A DNA stretch of 64,000 nucleotides from a virus: the IMG/VR virus record IMGVR_UViG_3300025120_000001, positions 1 to 64,000 of that record; one strand, written 5' to 3'. A program made the position numbers and the translations under genes. Every line of letters begins with the position of its first letter. Positions within the stretch are counted from its first letter, which is position 1. The notes under the pieces were generated by a model. The model saw only the letters and a list, made by a program, of their open reading frames with translations. It was not told the DNA's origin and ran no database searches. This document shows positions 9,367 to 18,960 of the stretch, piece after piece.

Positions 9367-9638
9367 GTATAACAACAGAAGAATTAGAAGAATTATTAAA
9401 CGAAAGTGAGTTGGGTGAACAAGCAAAGCTCATATTATACAATGATGACGTGAACACATTTGATCACGTCATTAATTGTTTACAAATTTACTGTGATCAT
9501 TCTGAAATTCAAGCAGAACAGTGTGCTACAATAGTGCATCATAACGGTAAATGTTGTATAAAAAAAGGTTCTAAGTTTAAAATAAACATGGTAAATACAA
9601 TGTTAAACCTTAATAAGTTAAATTCAGAAGTAGAATAA
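9363..9638 (+). CDS. clpS: ClpS N-degron adaptor (Bacteroidota type)
   Basis: LILYNDDVNTFDHVINCL…QAEQCATIVHHNGKC. Confidence 0.85.
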   Translation: MSITTEELEELLNESELGEQAKLILYNDDVNTFDHVINCLQIYCDHSEIQAEQCATIVHHNGKCCIKKGSKFKINMVNTMLNLNKLNSEVE

Positions 9639-9868
9639 TGGGAAGAATGAAAGAACTATACATTCAAAGTTTAGAAGAAGAATATGGAGATGATTTATCT
9701 GGATATTTTAATGAACAAAGAGTGTATGAAGGATTTTCAGTATCAGATATAACATGTCCTAATTGCATGAAAGAAAAGTTAGCTCAAGACAGTGAAACTG
9801 ATCTAAAATGTTTTAAATGTGGGCATGAATTTATCAAGATAGGTGAGAAAACAATAAAATTTAAATAA
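9638..9868 (+). CDS. Zn-ribbon protein
   Basis: CPNC…CFKCG. Confidence 0.7.
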   Translation: MGRMKELYIQSLEEEYGDDLSGYFNEQRVYEGFSVSDITCPNCMKEKLAQDSETDLKCFKCGHEFIKIGEKTIKFK

Positions 9869-9885
9869 CCACTAAACCAAACATA

Positions 9886-10452
9886 ATGAAAGTATTTAAA
9901 AAATTAATGAAATTCATATTACTAGCAATATTAATGACCAGTCTTAGTATATACTTATCACATTATATAACGGTTGGTGAGCATAACAAAAACGGCAGTA
10001 AAGAGATATATTTACATGATAATGGTGTCCATGTGGATATAATTATTCCATGTAAAGATGGCAGTTTTGCAGCATATGGATGGGGATCTAAAGTATTTTT
10101 CATGGATGTACCATCTTGGGATGATTTAACCTATAAAGTTGGATTTCAAGCTTTATTTACAAAACCGGCATCTTGCATGCGTGTAACTAAATACACAATC
10201 TATAATCCTAAGTGGAAAACAATAAAGTTATCTGAGGATCAATTGTTTAAGGTAAAGGCTGAAATAGATATAAAATTTAAATATACTAGTATAGGAAATA
10301 GAATTCATATTAGAGATGGATTTTATGAGGCAGAAGGATGTTACAATGCTCTTAACACATGTAATACATGGGCTAATGGAGTATTAAAGTCAGTTGGATT
10401 AAAATCCAGGTGGTATATATTAACCAGTGAATCATTAAGTGAATTATATTGA
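9886..10452 (+). CDS. DUF2459-like exported protein (permuted Cys-His fold)
   Basis: N-terminal TM; NGVHVDII, YGWGSKVFF..P.W.DL, FYEA.G.YN..NTCNTW.N..LK. Confidence 0.75.
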   Translation: MKVFKKLMKFILLAILMTSLSIYLSHYITVGEHNKNGSKEIYLHDNGVHVDIIIPCKDGSFAAYGWGSKVFFMDVPSWDDLTYKVGFQALFTKPASCMRVTKYTIYNPKWKTIKLSEDQLFKVKAEIDIKFKYTSIGNRIHIRDGFYEAEGCYNALNTCNTWANGVLKSVGLKSRWYILTSESLSELY

Positions 10453-10640
10453 AAAGAAAAAAAAGAAACATATTGTCGTGGATAGGAGCATTGCTCTTGT
10501 CCATACCAATATTAGCATTAACAATGTGGGGTATTCAAGTACTTTCACCTTATACGGCATTTAGTTATGTAGTAATAGCATATTCTATTTTTACATGTTT
10601 ACAATTTTATATTAAAAAATCCACAAAAAATAAAAAATGA
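10449..10640 (+). CDS. Small 2-TM membrane protein
   Basis: ORF track. Confidence 0.55.
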   Translation: MKRKKRNILSWIGALLLSIPILALTMWGIQVLSPYTAFSYVVIAYSIFTCLQFYIKKSTKNKK

Positions 10641-10810
10641 CCTACAAATCAAGCAAAATAGTTAGAGCAAATCTAGAAAAACAAATAATTGATTTACAAG
10701 AAGAGTTGGAAAAATATAAAAAAGCATATGAGTCTTTGAAAAACCATTTAGAAACTATAGACTTAGAAAATTTTAAAAAACAACTTAAAAACCAAGTTAG
10801 AAATGAGTGA
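10637..10810 (+). CDS. Small coiled-coil protein (57 aa, not in track)
   Basis: MTYKSSKIVRANLEKQIIDLQEELEKYK…; ATGA coupling. Confidence 0.5.
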   Translation: MTYKSSKIVRANLEKQIIDLQEELEKYKKAYESLKNHLETIDLENFKKQLKNQVRNE

Positions 10811-11093
10811 AGAAGATAATTGGTGTCATTATTCAGGAATGCCATCACCAAATGCATATAATGAAAAAAAGATGAGTGAGGCAGATAACAAGAGTTTTTA
10901 CATTATAGAGGCTAGAGATTCAAAAACTAATCAACTAGAAAAGAAAAGAATATATACTACTTTAAAGCAGTATAAAAGTATAGGTTTGAAACAAGTTCAT
11001 AAGTTTAAAAAATATTATAATGTGAAAGTAACAAGGTATATATGTAACGAATCAATATGTATACTAGATAATAAACAAAATCAAGATGTGTGA
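10803..11093 (+). CDS. Hypothetical protein
   Basis: ORF track. Confidence 0.6.
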   Translation: MSEEDNWCHYSGMPSPNAYNEKKMSEADNKSFYIIEARDSKTNQLEKKRIYTTLKQYKSIGLKQVHKFKKYYNVKVTRYICNESICILDNKQNQDV

Positions 11094-11173
11094 TATAGAC
11101 AAATGGAAAGAGTATTGGGATCATTTTAATCAAGATCTTTATATTGAGTATTTAATTAAAAAACAACAGAGGG

Positions 11174-11452
11174 ATGACAGAAAATGAAATACAATTATTG
11201 GGTTTTAAGAAACAAATAATAACAGATGCTGAAAGTGGCAATGGTTATGACTTTCATTTTTATACATACAATATAGCAACGAATTTAACATTCGTATCTT
11301 GTGCTAGTGATGAAGCAGAATGTGATGATTTTGCAATAGAAAATTGGAATATTAAAATAGATGGGACAGTTCCACTAATTGAATTTCATAATTTTGGAGA
11401 AATGCAAAGTCTTATTAATTTATTAGAAAATAAAATAAAACAAAGAAGATGA
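11174..11452 (+). CDS. Hypothetical protein
   Basis: ORF track. Confidence 0.65.
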   Translation: MTENEIQLLGFKKQIITDAESGNGYDFHFYTYNIATNLTFVSCASDEAECDDFAIENWNIKIDGTVPLIEFHNFGEMQSLINLLENKIKQRR

Positions 11453-11590
11453 GTAAAGATGAAGTAGTAAAAATGCTAATGTACTTTGCAAAATGGGAAT
11501 CAGAAATGTTTTATAAATACATGGATGATGATGATGGCGGAGAAGGAGCATTTACAGAATTTGTAGAAGATTATTTAAAACTAAACAAAC

Positions 11591-11797
11591 ATGAATGAAG
11601 GAATGTTAACAACAATTTTTATGTGGGCACTTGCTACAAGTGTTTACTTTTTTGGAAGATTAATGACATGGATGGTGTATAAGATTGCACCTCAAAATTG
11701 TAAAAAAGAGTTTACAAGAGCAGATATATTAAGAACTAACTTAATGATGATTTTCAGCATCCTATTATGGGGTGTAGTATTTTATAATTTAATTTAA
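11591..11797 (+). CDS. 2-TM membrane protein
   Basis: ORF track. Confidence 0.6.
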   Translation: MNEGMLTTIFMWALATSVYFFGRLMTWMVYKIAPQNCKKEFTRADILRTNLMMIFSILLWGVVFYNLI

Positions 11798-11811
11798 ACA
11801 AAAAGAAGAAG

Positions 11812-12135
11812 ATGAGTAGATCAGATGAAAATATAAGAGAATTATTAAAAGCATGTAGAGATGAAAAATCAATGCATGATATAGTTAGTAGGAATAAAAC
11901 TTTAGTTGACTATACTGGAGAAGAATTAGATGACATGGAAGATATTCCAGATTGGAAGTATTTGATGTCAGCTGCTGAAAAGCAGTATGAAGAATATGTA
12001 GAAGAGTTTGAGGACGGTACATATGAATGGGATATATTTGATTATGGTCCTGATAGATTTATGGTATGGGCTAGAGTATCAGATCTTATTGAAGGACTTA
12101 AAGAACAAGAAAAAATAGACGCAAGTTATGAGTAA
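11812..12135 (+). CDS. Acidic hypothetical protein
   Basis: ORF track. Confidence 0.65.
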   Translation: MSRSDENIRELLKACRDEKSMHDIVSRNKTLVDYTGEELDDMEDIPDWKYLMSAAEKQYEEYVEEFEDGTYEWDIFDYGPDRFMVWARVSDLIEGLKEQEKIDASYE

Positions 12136-12269
12136 ATCAGAAGTAAAAGAAAAAGTAATTTCCATATCAAAAGATGGAAAAATGAAACAAGTGGTGAGAC
12201 ACACTAAAGCAGGTTATAAAAACCGCCATGGTCAAGAGGCCGTTAATTCTCAAACCTTACATTTAAGGA

Positions 12270-12653
12270 ATGAAAAATAATATTTTTTTAAAGCTCTCTG
12301 TCAAAGATGGAGAGCTTGATTTTCCAGCAAAAATCCAGAAAACAAGACTGGATGCATTTCTTAAAGATGTACCTGATGGTGCTAAAATGGAAGTGTTTAT
12401 AAGTGTTAGTACTAGAAAAGGTAGTAATGCACAGCTTGCAAGGTTGCATGCCATGATTAGAGAACTAGCAAATGATATAGGTTACACCTTTATGGAGATG
12501 AAGCTCATTGTAAAAAGACAAACCGGTCTTTGTTTTATGAAAGATAAGACAGAGTACTGTAAATCTTTTGCAGATTGTGATACAGATGAATTAAATCTGG
12601 GTATACAAGAATGTTTAAGAATAGGTGATGAACAAGGTATACAGTTAAGATAA
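12270..12653 (+). CDS. NinB/Orf-like recombination accessory protein
   Basis: SNAQLARLHAMIRELANDIG..E.K pattern. Confidence 0.55.
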   Translation: MKNNIFLKLSVKDGELDFPAKIQKTRLDAFLKDVPDGAKMEVFISVSTRKGSNAQLARLHAMIRELANDIGYTFMEMKLIVKRQTGLCFMKDKTEYCKSFADCDTDELNLGIQECLRIGDEQGIQLR

Positions 12654-13067
12654 CTGATCATTTACATGTTTATCCATCTTAACATTCATTTCTTTAATTT
12701 TATCAAAGTCATTATCAGCAACTGCTTTAAACAGCTCATCAACCAGAGATTGATCTATGGTAGCATCAACAGATATGTTTAGACCTTGTTTATAAGCATG
12801 TCCTTTAAGAAGTTGTTGCAGTGAAAATATGGTGTATAAATGAGCCTGTTCTTCAGTAAAAGGTTCTTTTTCTAGATCTAGTGTTCCGTCAATGTATCTT
12901 TCAAACTTTTTAAAGTAGGATGTAAGGACACTAGGATCTTTCATCTTATCAATAAAAAATACCATGAGGTCTTCAAGGCCTTTTATATACGTGGTGCTTA
13001 GAACTACGTTTTCAATATTTTTTGAAAAATCATACGTATCTTGCACCTTAACTTTATCTTCAGACAT
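12645..13067 (-). CDS. Hypothetical protein; the only minus-strand gene in the early/middle block
   Basis: Start moved to MSEDKVK (13067); no competing + ORF; TATATTTA box just upstream on the - strand. Confidence 0.7.
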   Translation of the reverse strand: MSEDKVKVQDTYDFSKNIENVVLSTTYIKGLEDLMVFFIDKMKDPSVLTSYFKKFERYIDGTLDLEKEPFTEEQAHLYTIFSLQQLLKGHAYKQGLNISVDATIDQSLVDELFKAVADNDFDKIKEMNVKMDKHVNDQLS

Positions 13068-13095
13068 AATTGTAAACTTTATAAATATAAATTTA

Positions 13096-13815
13096 ATGAA
13101 TAAAATCAATATAAACATAAATGACGTAAGAAAAAAATTTAAAGACTCTTTCCTTTCAACCGGGTGGAGTAAGATAATGAATCCTATTATTGATTCAGAA
13201 GAATTTGAGATTGCGGTATACAAGTTAAAGTCCTATGTAGAAAATGATCAAAGATTTACGCCTAAATTGTCTCAAATATTCAATGCATTTGTGTATTGTC
13301 CTTATGAAGATTTAAAAGTAATATTTATAGGACAAGATCCATATCCGCAATTAGGAGTTGCTGATGGTATTTCATTTAGTTGTAGTAATAATGATAAACC
13401 TCAACCTTCTCTGAGATATATATTTAAAGAATTAGAAAGACAGTATGCAGCATTTAGAACTAATGACTTACTGTATAATCCATTAGATTTAAAAAGATGG
13501 AGTAATCAAGGTGTGCTAATGTTAAATACAGCATTTACTGTAGAAATAGGTAAAATAGGATCTCATTATGATGTATGGAAACCAATTACTAAAATGATAT
13601 TAGATTCAATAAATGAAGATAAAAAAGATATTGCTGTTGCCTTATTAGGTAAAAAAGCAGAAGAGTGGCATTTGAGATTACATTCTCAAAAAATATTTAA
13701 AGCACCTCATCCGGCATCAGCTGCATATAAAGGTGGAGTATGGAATTCCGGTGATATTTTTCTTAAGATAAATGAGCATTTAAGAGCTCAAGGGATAGCC
13801 CCGATAATTTGGTAA
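13096..13815 (+). CDS. ung: Uracil-DNA glycosylase (family 1)
   Basis: GQDPY, PSL, QGVLMLN, HPAS motifs; start moved to 13096. Confidence 0.93.
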   Translation: MNKINININDVRKKFKDSFLSTGWSKIMNPIIDSEEFEIAVYKLKSYVENDQRFTPKLSQIFNAFVYCPYEDLKVIFIGQDPYPQLGVADGISFSCSNNDKPQPSLRYIFKELERQYAAFRTNDLLYNPLDLKRWSNQGVLMLNTAFTVEIGKIGSHYDVWKPITKMILDSINEDKKDIAVALLGKKAEEWHLRLHSQKIFKAPHPASAAYKGGVWNSGDIFLKINEHLRAQGIAPIIW

Positions 13816-13839
13816 AAACCTTAATATTTCGTAAATTTA
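13808..13839 (+). promoter_or_regulatory. Bacteroidota-type promoter variant
   Basis: TTTG-N20-TAAATTTA upstream of 13846. Confidence 0.5.
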
Positions 13840-13845
13840 TATCTT

Positions 13846-14301
13846 ATGTTAAAACCAACAATAGCTGAAGAAGTTCAGCAAAAATTCAATATACGTGTTA
13901 AAAAATTTAGAGAAGAAATAAAGTCAAAGTATGGTATTACACTGTACATAGCTAGTTCTAGCTTTGAAGATGTACATCCTTTAGAATTAAATAAAGTATG
14001 GGATTTATTATTTGAAATAGTTGAAGAATTCCATCCGCAATATATAGATTGTTATAAAGATCCTTTATTAACAAGAGAACGGGAATGGATGAATTATATG
14101 CATGCATACTGTTTGATTGTGCATAGACAACTACATTATGGACCTAGTGTTATTGGTAGATTTTTAAAAAAGAATCATGCATCAATAATTCATTCAGCAA
14201 AAAAAGGTGAAGATCTTTTAGATTGTGAAGATTTTGACTTTTCACACAAGTATCATTTATTATTAAATAAAGTAAAAAATAATGTGGAATTTATTTCTTA
14301 A
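13846..14301 (+). CDS. Protein with DnaA domain-IV-like HTH
   Basis: GPSVIGRFLKKNHASIIHS resembles the DnaA C-terminal IG..F.RDH.TV.H signature. Confidence 0.6.
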   Translation: MLKPTIAEEVQQKFNIRVKKFREEIKSKYGITLYIASSSFEDVHPLELNKVWDLLFEIVEEFHPQYIDCYKDPLLTREREWMNYMHAYCLIVHRQLHYGPSVIGRFLKKNHASIIHSAKKGEDLLDCEDFDFSHKYHLLLNKVKNNVEFIS

Positions 14302-14863
14302 AATAAAACGGTATGGAATAACTCCCAATCAATGCATGATATTATTTGCATTTGATGAAGGAGTTACACCTTCAAATTGTGAAGCAGTAGACTTACTTGC
14401 TCTCTTTGAAGAAGGATATATGAATAAAGATAAGTCTATAACGGCTGAAGGTAAAAAAGTTATTGTAACATTAAATAATTATTTTACTGTAAATAAAAAG
14501 AAAACTAATAAGCAGTTATTAGGAAAATCAGGTTCATTAAATATAGATCAGTATAGAGCTATATTTCCTAAAGGTAAATTACCATCGGGTGTACCAGGTA
14601 GAAACAATGTCAAAATACTAACTGAAAATTTTAGATGGTTCTTTGCAGAATATGATTATACTTGGGAAGAAATAATGAAAGCAACTAAAATGTATGTAAA
14701 TGAATTTCAAAAGAATAATTACATGTATATGCAGAATAGTCAGTATTTTATTTCAAAACAAGACAAACATAAAGTAAAAACTTCAAAGCTTGCAGATTAC
14801 TGTGATATGATCCGTGATGGTGTAAGTATTGAAGAAGATCATTTTAAAGAAAACGTAGTATGA
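14282..14863 (+). CDS. Putative replication protein / helicase loader
   Basis: Sits upstream of the DnaB-like helicase; wHTH-like N-terminus. Confidence 0.4.
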   Translation: MWNLFLKIKRYGITPNQCMILFAFDEGVTPSNCEAVDLLALFEEGYMNKDKSITAEGKKVIVTLNNYFTVNKKKTNKQLLGKSGSLNIDQYRAIFPKGKLPSGVPGRNNVKILTENFRWFFAEYDYTWEEIMKATKMYVNEFQKNNYMYMQNSQYFISKQDKHKVKTSKLADYCDMIRDGVSIEEDHFKENVV

Positions 14864-15063
14864 TACATTCAGAATATAATGAAGAGGAAACTGATCAAGA
14901 TTTAGTCAGAGAGTATGCAGAAACTCTAATCAAAGAAATAAAAGACAGTACAATGAATAGACAACAGGCTATACACGCAGCATCAATAACTGTACAAAGA
15001 TTAGCTAAAGAAACTGCAAAAAAGTTTTATTATCAAGTAATGCAATATTTAATGGACAAATGA
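14860..15063 (+). CDS. Hypothetical protein
   Basis: Coupled ORF. Confidence 0.6.
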   Translation: MIHSEYNEEETDQDLVREYAETLIKEIKDSTMNRQQAIHAASITVQRLAKETAKKFYYQVMQYLMDK

Positions 15064-16016
15064 GTAAAATGAAACCGGCCTGGGATGGTCAATTTAGTGC
15101 TTTTAATGAAGCATTGAAATATATGGTAAAAAGACAATCCGGTGAGGAGAAGTCAATATATACACCTTGGCCTAAGTTTAATGACGCTATGACAGATGGA
15201 TTAGAGTGGAATACTCTAACTGTAATTGGTGGAAGACCTGGTTCAGGTAAGACTCTTATTAAAGATCAGATTATTAGAGAATCATTTACCTTAAATCCAG
15301 ATGATGACTTTAGAGTTTTAGAGTTTCAATTTGAGATGGTTGGTAGAACATCAGCATTGCGTGAATTTAGTTCTTTAACTGGTAAAACATATAAAGAATT
15401 ATGCAGTGCAGGTAGTAAAATATCTACGGATACAATTAACGCCTGTCATGTATATGCAAAAGATAGAGTTAAAAATCCAGTTGATATAGTAAGTAGACCA
15501 ATGACCGTTAATCAAATGCGTGAGCAGTTAGATGCTTATATGGATTTGCATAAGGGTAAAAAAACAATGATAACATTAGATCATACTATACTTGTTAAGA
15601 GAGCTCCGTATCAGAATAACAGATTAGATATGTTATTTGAATTAGGTGAGTTTTTTACACAAGCTAAAAGGGACTATCCATGTTTGTTTATAGCGTTATC
15701 ACAACTTAATAGGAATATAGATAACCCGGAAAGAGCCATAGATGGTAAGTATGGAAATTATGTTTTAGAATCTGATATATTTGGTTCAGATGCCATGCTG
15801 CAACATGCTGATACATTAATTGGTATCAACAGACCAGCTAAGCAGAAGATTAGATATTATGGACCAGATAGATATATAATTAAAGATGATAGAACTTTAG
15901 TATTACATTTTCTTAAAGCAAGAAATGGTGATGCCAGAATGAGTTTTTTCAGAGGTGAGTTTGAAAAGATGCAAATAGCTGAAATGCAAACTCCAGAACA
16001 ACAAGACAGAAGATGA
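15060..16016 (+). CDS. DnaB-like replicative helicase
   Basis: GGRPGSGKT, FEM, LDH, LSQLNR, SD..GSDA..Q.AD, LKARNG. Confidence 0.9.
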   Translation: MSKMKPAWDGQFSAFNEALKYMVKRQSGEEKSIYTPWPKFNDAMTDGLEWNTLTVIGGRPGSGKTLIKDQIIRESFTLNPDDDFRVLEFQFEMVGRTSALREFSSLTGKTYKELCSAGSKISTDTINACHVYAKDRVKNPVDIVSRPMTVNQMREQLDAYMDLHKGKKTMITLDHTILVKRAPYQNNRLDMLFELGEFFTQAKRDYPCLFIALSQLNRNIDNPERAIDGKYGNYVLESDIFGSDAMLQHADTLIGINRPAKQKIRYYGPDRYIIKDDRTLVLHFLKARNGDARMSFFRGEFEKMQIAEMQTPEQQDRR

Positions 16017-16534
16017 TAAGTAGTAAAAATAAATTTATGACACCAACTGAACGTAAAGCAAAAGTTGCAAAACTCAAAGAAGAGCATGAAGATTATTTCC
16101 AAACAATAGGAAATATTAATGCATTATACATACCCAAAATGGCTTATAGGCCAAGTGGCAAAGATAACTTGCATATATCTTTTTTTCCTAGTGAATTAGA
16201 AAAAAAGCAAGATATATACACGGAATTTGTTAGTATATCCTATGATTCTGAAGATTCTAAAAGAACTTTATACAAGCATCTTTATAATCCTCACTGGAAA
16301 GAAGAATATGAACTTATAACAAGCAATTCAGGTTTTGAAAGACATCTGATACCTGTTGCTGAGCTTGAAGTTATAAGTGATATAACAACTAGAACAGTAG
16401 CTGATCTAAATTCACGTCATATTTTAAGTTTGGAAGATCTTCCAAATCCAGATGATGTTAATAAAAATGGTCAAGAGTGGTTAAAAAGAATAGCATTAGC
16501 ATTAGAATCAATAGCAAAATCAATAAATAAATAA
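16013..16534 (+). CDS. Hypothetical protein
   Basis: Coupled ORF. Confidence 0.7.
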   Translation: MISSKNKFMTPTERKAKVAKLKEEHEDYFQTIGNINALYIPKMAYRPSGKDNLHISFFPSELEKKQDIYTEFVSISYDSEDSKRTLYKHLYNPHWKEEYELITSNSGFERHLIPVAELEVISDITTRTVADLNSRHILSLEDLPNPDDVNKNGQEWLKRIALALESIAKSINK

Positions 16535-16537
16535 CAT

Positions 16538-17221
16538 ATGGCACAAAGCACATTAATAATCGCGGAGTCAGGCTCCGGTAAATCTACATCAGGTAGAAAT
16601 TTAGATCCTAAAGAAACATTTTGGATCAATATTGCAAATAAACCATTACCTTTTAAAGGTTGGAAGAAAAATTATACGTTAATTAGTAAAAGTAATCCCA
16701 AAGGTAATATGACAAATGCGTCATCAGCTGCTGGAATTATTAAAGCTTTGAAACATGTTAATGAAAATATGCCTCATATAACTAATGTAGTTATAGATGA
16801 TTGGCAATACATGTCTGCCTTTGAGTATTTTGATAAAGCTCAAGAAAAAGGTTATGATAAATTCACCTCAATCGCTACTAACCTAGCTCAGGTTGCAAAA
16901 TATCCAAAGGATTTGAGGGATGATTTATACTGTTTTTTTCTTACTCATTCAGAAGATTCAACAGATATGAATGGTCGTAGAAAAGTAAAAGCAAAAACTG
17001 TTGGTAAAATGATAGATAATGCTTTAACTTTAGAAGGACTATTTTCCATTGTATTATTTGGTAGAGTTATCAAAGAAGAAGATGGTACAATAAAGTATGG
17101 ATTTGAAACACAAACCGATGGGAATAACACTTGTAAGTCTCCCATGGATATGTTTGAAGAATCCTTTATAGAAAATGATTTACAATATGTAAAGGATTGT
17201 ATAATCAAATATGAACAATAA
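16538..17221 (+). CDS. AAA_24 / Sak4-like ATPase (recombination)
   Basis: AESGSGKST, VVIDDWQY, KTVGKMID, CKSPMDMF. Confidence 0.8.
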   Translation: MAQSTLIIAESGSGKSTSGRNLDPKETFWINIANKPLPFKGWKKNYTLISKSNPKGNMTNASSAAGIIKALKHVNENMPHITNVVIDDWQYMSAFEYFDKAQEKGYDKFTSIATNLAQVAKYPKDLRDDLYCFFLTHSEDSTDMNGRRKVKAKTVGKMIDNALTLEGLFSIVLFGRVIKEEDGTIKYGFETQTDGNNTCKSPMDMFEESFIENDLQYVKDCIIKYEQ

Positions 17222-17243
17222 TTAATTAAACAAAAAAAAGCGT

Positions 17244-17915
17244 ATGTTAAGTACTAAAGACATGTCTGCAGGTTCAGGCAAAGCAAGACCGGTAATTGGA
17301 GTTGGTAACCAGAAAATCAAAATTAATAGTATTACTTTTGATCAAACACCCTATGATAAAGAAGCATATAACGTTGTGTTACATGTAGAATCTGAACCAG
17401 TAGGTAGTGAATTTGAAGGATTTCTTATAGATCCTAATGATAAAACTGGGCCAAGATATAAAGGTCAAGTAGGAAGAGTAAGATTAAGCCCTTACCCATA
17501 TAAAGATACTACTTTACCAAGTGGTAGAGAAATCAGTAGAGATACTGAAGTATTGAAATCTATGATTTTCTTAAGTGAAGTTCTCAATAAGAGAGATGAT
17601 CTTGATAATATTGAAGCTGACACCGTTGAAGACTTTATGACTTCAGCTAATACAGTTTTATCAGGAGATACATATATCAATGCATGTGTTGGCGGAAGAG
17701 AATGGGAAAATAAAGAAGGTTATGTAAACTATGACCTATATTTACCAAGAAATTCTAAAGACGGAGTTGCATTGGAAACTTTGGAAATGGAAAACTCTAG
17801 ATTATATGAATTTTCTAAGAAAGATCATGTAAGAGAACTTCAAAATAAGAAGTCATCTCCAACAACAGACAACTTTGAACCTGCATCAACAGCAGGTGAA
17901 GATTTTGATCTGTAG
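17244..17915 (+). CDS. Putative ssDNA-binding protein
   Basis: Follows the Sak4-like ATPase; acidic tail ending EDFDL. Confidence 0.55.
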   Translation: MLSTKDMSAGSGKARPVIGVGNQKIKINSITFDQTPYDKEAYNVVLHVESEPVGSEFEGFLIDPNDKTGPRYKGQVGRVRLSPYPYKDTTLPSGREISRDTEVLKSMIFLSEVLNKRDDLDNIEADTVEDFMTSANTVLSGDTYINACVGGREWENKEGYVNYDLYLPRNSKDGVALETLEMENSRLYEFSKKDHVRELQNKKSSPTTDNFEPASTAGEDFDL

Positions 17916-17927
17916 AATGTAAAATAT

Positions 17928-17967
17928 AGCAAGCAGCTGTCATTAATAGACACTGCTTGCTTTTTTT
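17928..17967 (+). terminator. Intrinsic terminator
   Basis: AGCAAGCAG..CTGCTTGCT followed by a T-tract. Confidence 0.75.
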
Positions 17968-17982
17968 ATTAAATTTACAAAT

Positions 17983-18960
17983 ATGATAAATACTAAAAAC
18001 TTAGTTACTAATGAATCATCTGTTCCAAGTTACTGGGTCTTTCAGTATTATTTAAATCTCAGTGAACATCTAAATGGACAGGATATAAAGATAAAATCTC
18101 TTTGGAATCCGGCAGAACGTACTCCAAGTATGTGCTTATATGTAGATAAGCCAAAGCGTTGTTATATGTATAAAGATTTCTCTACAGGTAAAGGGGGTAA
18201 TAAAATTAATTTAGTTCAAGATGTATTTGATTTAAACTATTCAGGTGCTATTGAAAAGATGATTAATGATTACAACAAATTTGTAGCGCAAAATGGATGT
18301 GCTAAGATTGACTTTACACCTCAGCCTAAATGGGAGATAGAACTTATTAATAACCGTGAGTGGACACAAGATGATGCAAATTATTGGCTCCAGTATAGGA
18401 TTGGAAGTTCTGCATTATCTAAATATAATGTTAAACCTATTAATTACTATAATCTAGTAAAAGATGTATCCGGAGCTACAGAAAAGAAAACTATACGTGG
18501 CAAACATATTTATGGTTACTATAATAAGCATGGTCAGATATTTAAAATATATCAACCACTTAGAGATGGTTTTAAATTTTATAAAATTGAATCATATACA
18601 CAAGGATTAGATCAGTTAGAGTATAAACAGCCTTATTTGGTAATATGCTCATCTCTGAAAGATGCAATGTGTTTAAAGAGTTTCGGTTATAATGTTGAAG
18701 TAATTGCTCCAGATAGTGAGAACACAGTTATAAAACCTTATTTAATTGAAAATTTAAAATTAAAATACAAAAAAATAATTACACTTTTTGACAATGATAC
18801 TGCAGGTAAAGCTGCTATACAGAAGTATGAAAAACTTTACGGTATACCGGGTACTTTCCTGGAATTAAGTAAGGATATTTCAGACGCTGTAAAAGAACAT
18901 GGTTGGAAGAAAGTGCATGAAAGTTTAAAAGTTATACTTAAAAACACTATACACATATGA
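17983..18960 (+). CDS. DNA primase (DnaG-like, TOPRIM)
   Basis: ERTPSM..YKDFSTGKGG N-terminal domain; SSLKD; FDNDTAGK; KDISD. Confidence 0.85.
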   Translation: MINTKNLVTNESSVPSYWVFQYYLNLSEHLNGQDIKIKSLWNPAERTPSMCLYVDKPKRCYMYKDFSTGKGGNKINLVQDVFDLNYSGAIEKMINDYNKFVAQNGCAKIDFTPQPKWEIELINNREWTQDDANYWLQYRIGSSALSKYNVKPINYYNLVKDVSGATEKKTIRGKHIYGYYNKHGQIFKIYQPLRDGFKFYKIESYTQGLDQLEYKQPYLVICSSLKDAMCLKSFGYNVEVIAPDSENTVIKPYLIENLKLKYKKIITLFDNDTAGKAAIQKYEKLYGIPGTFLELSKDISDAVKEHGWKKVHESLKVILKNTIHI

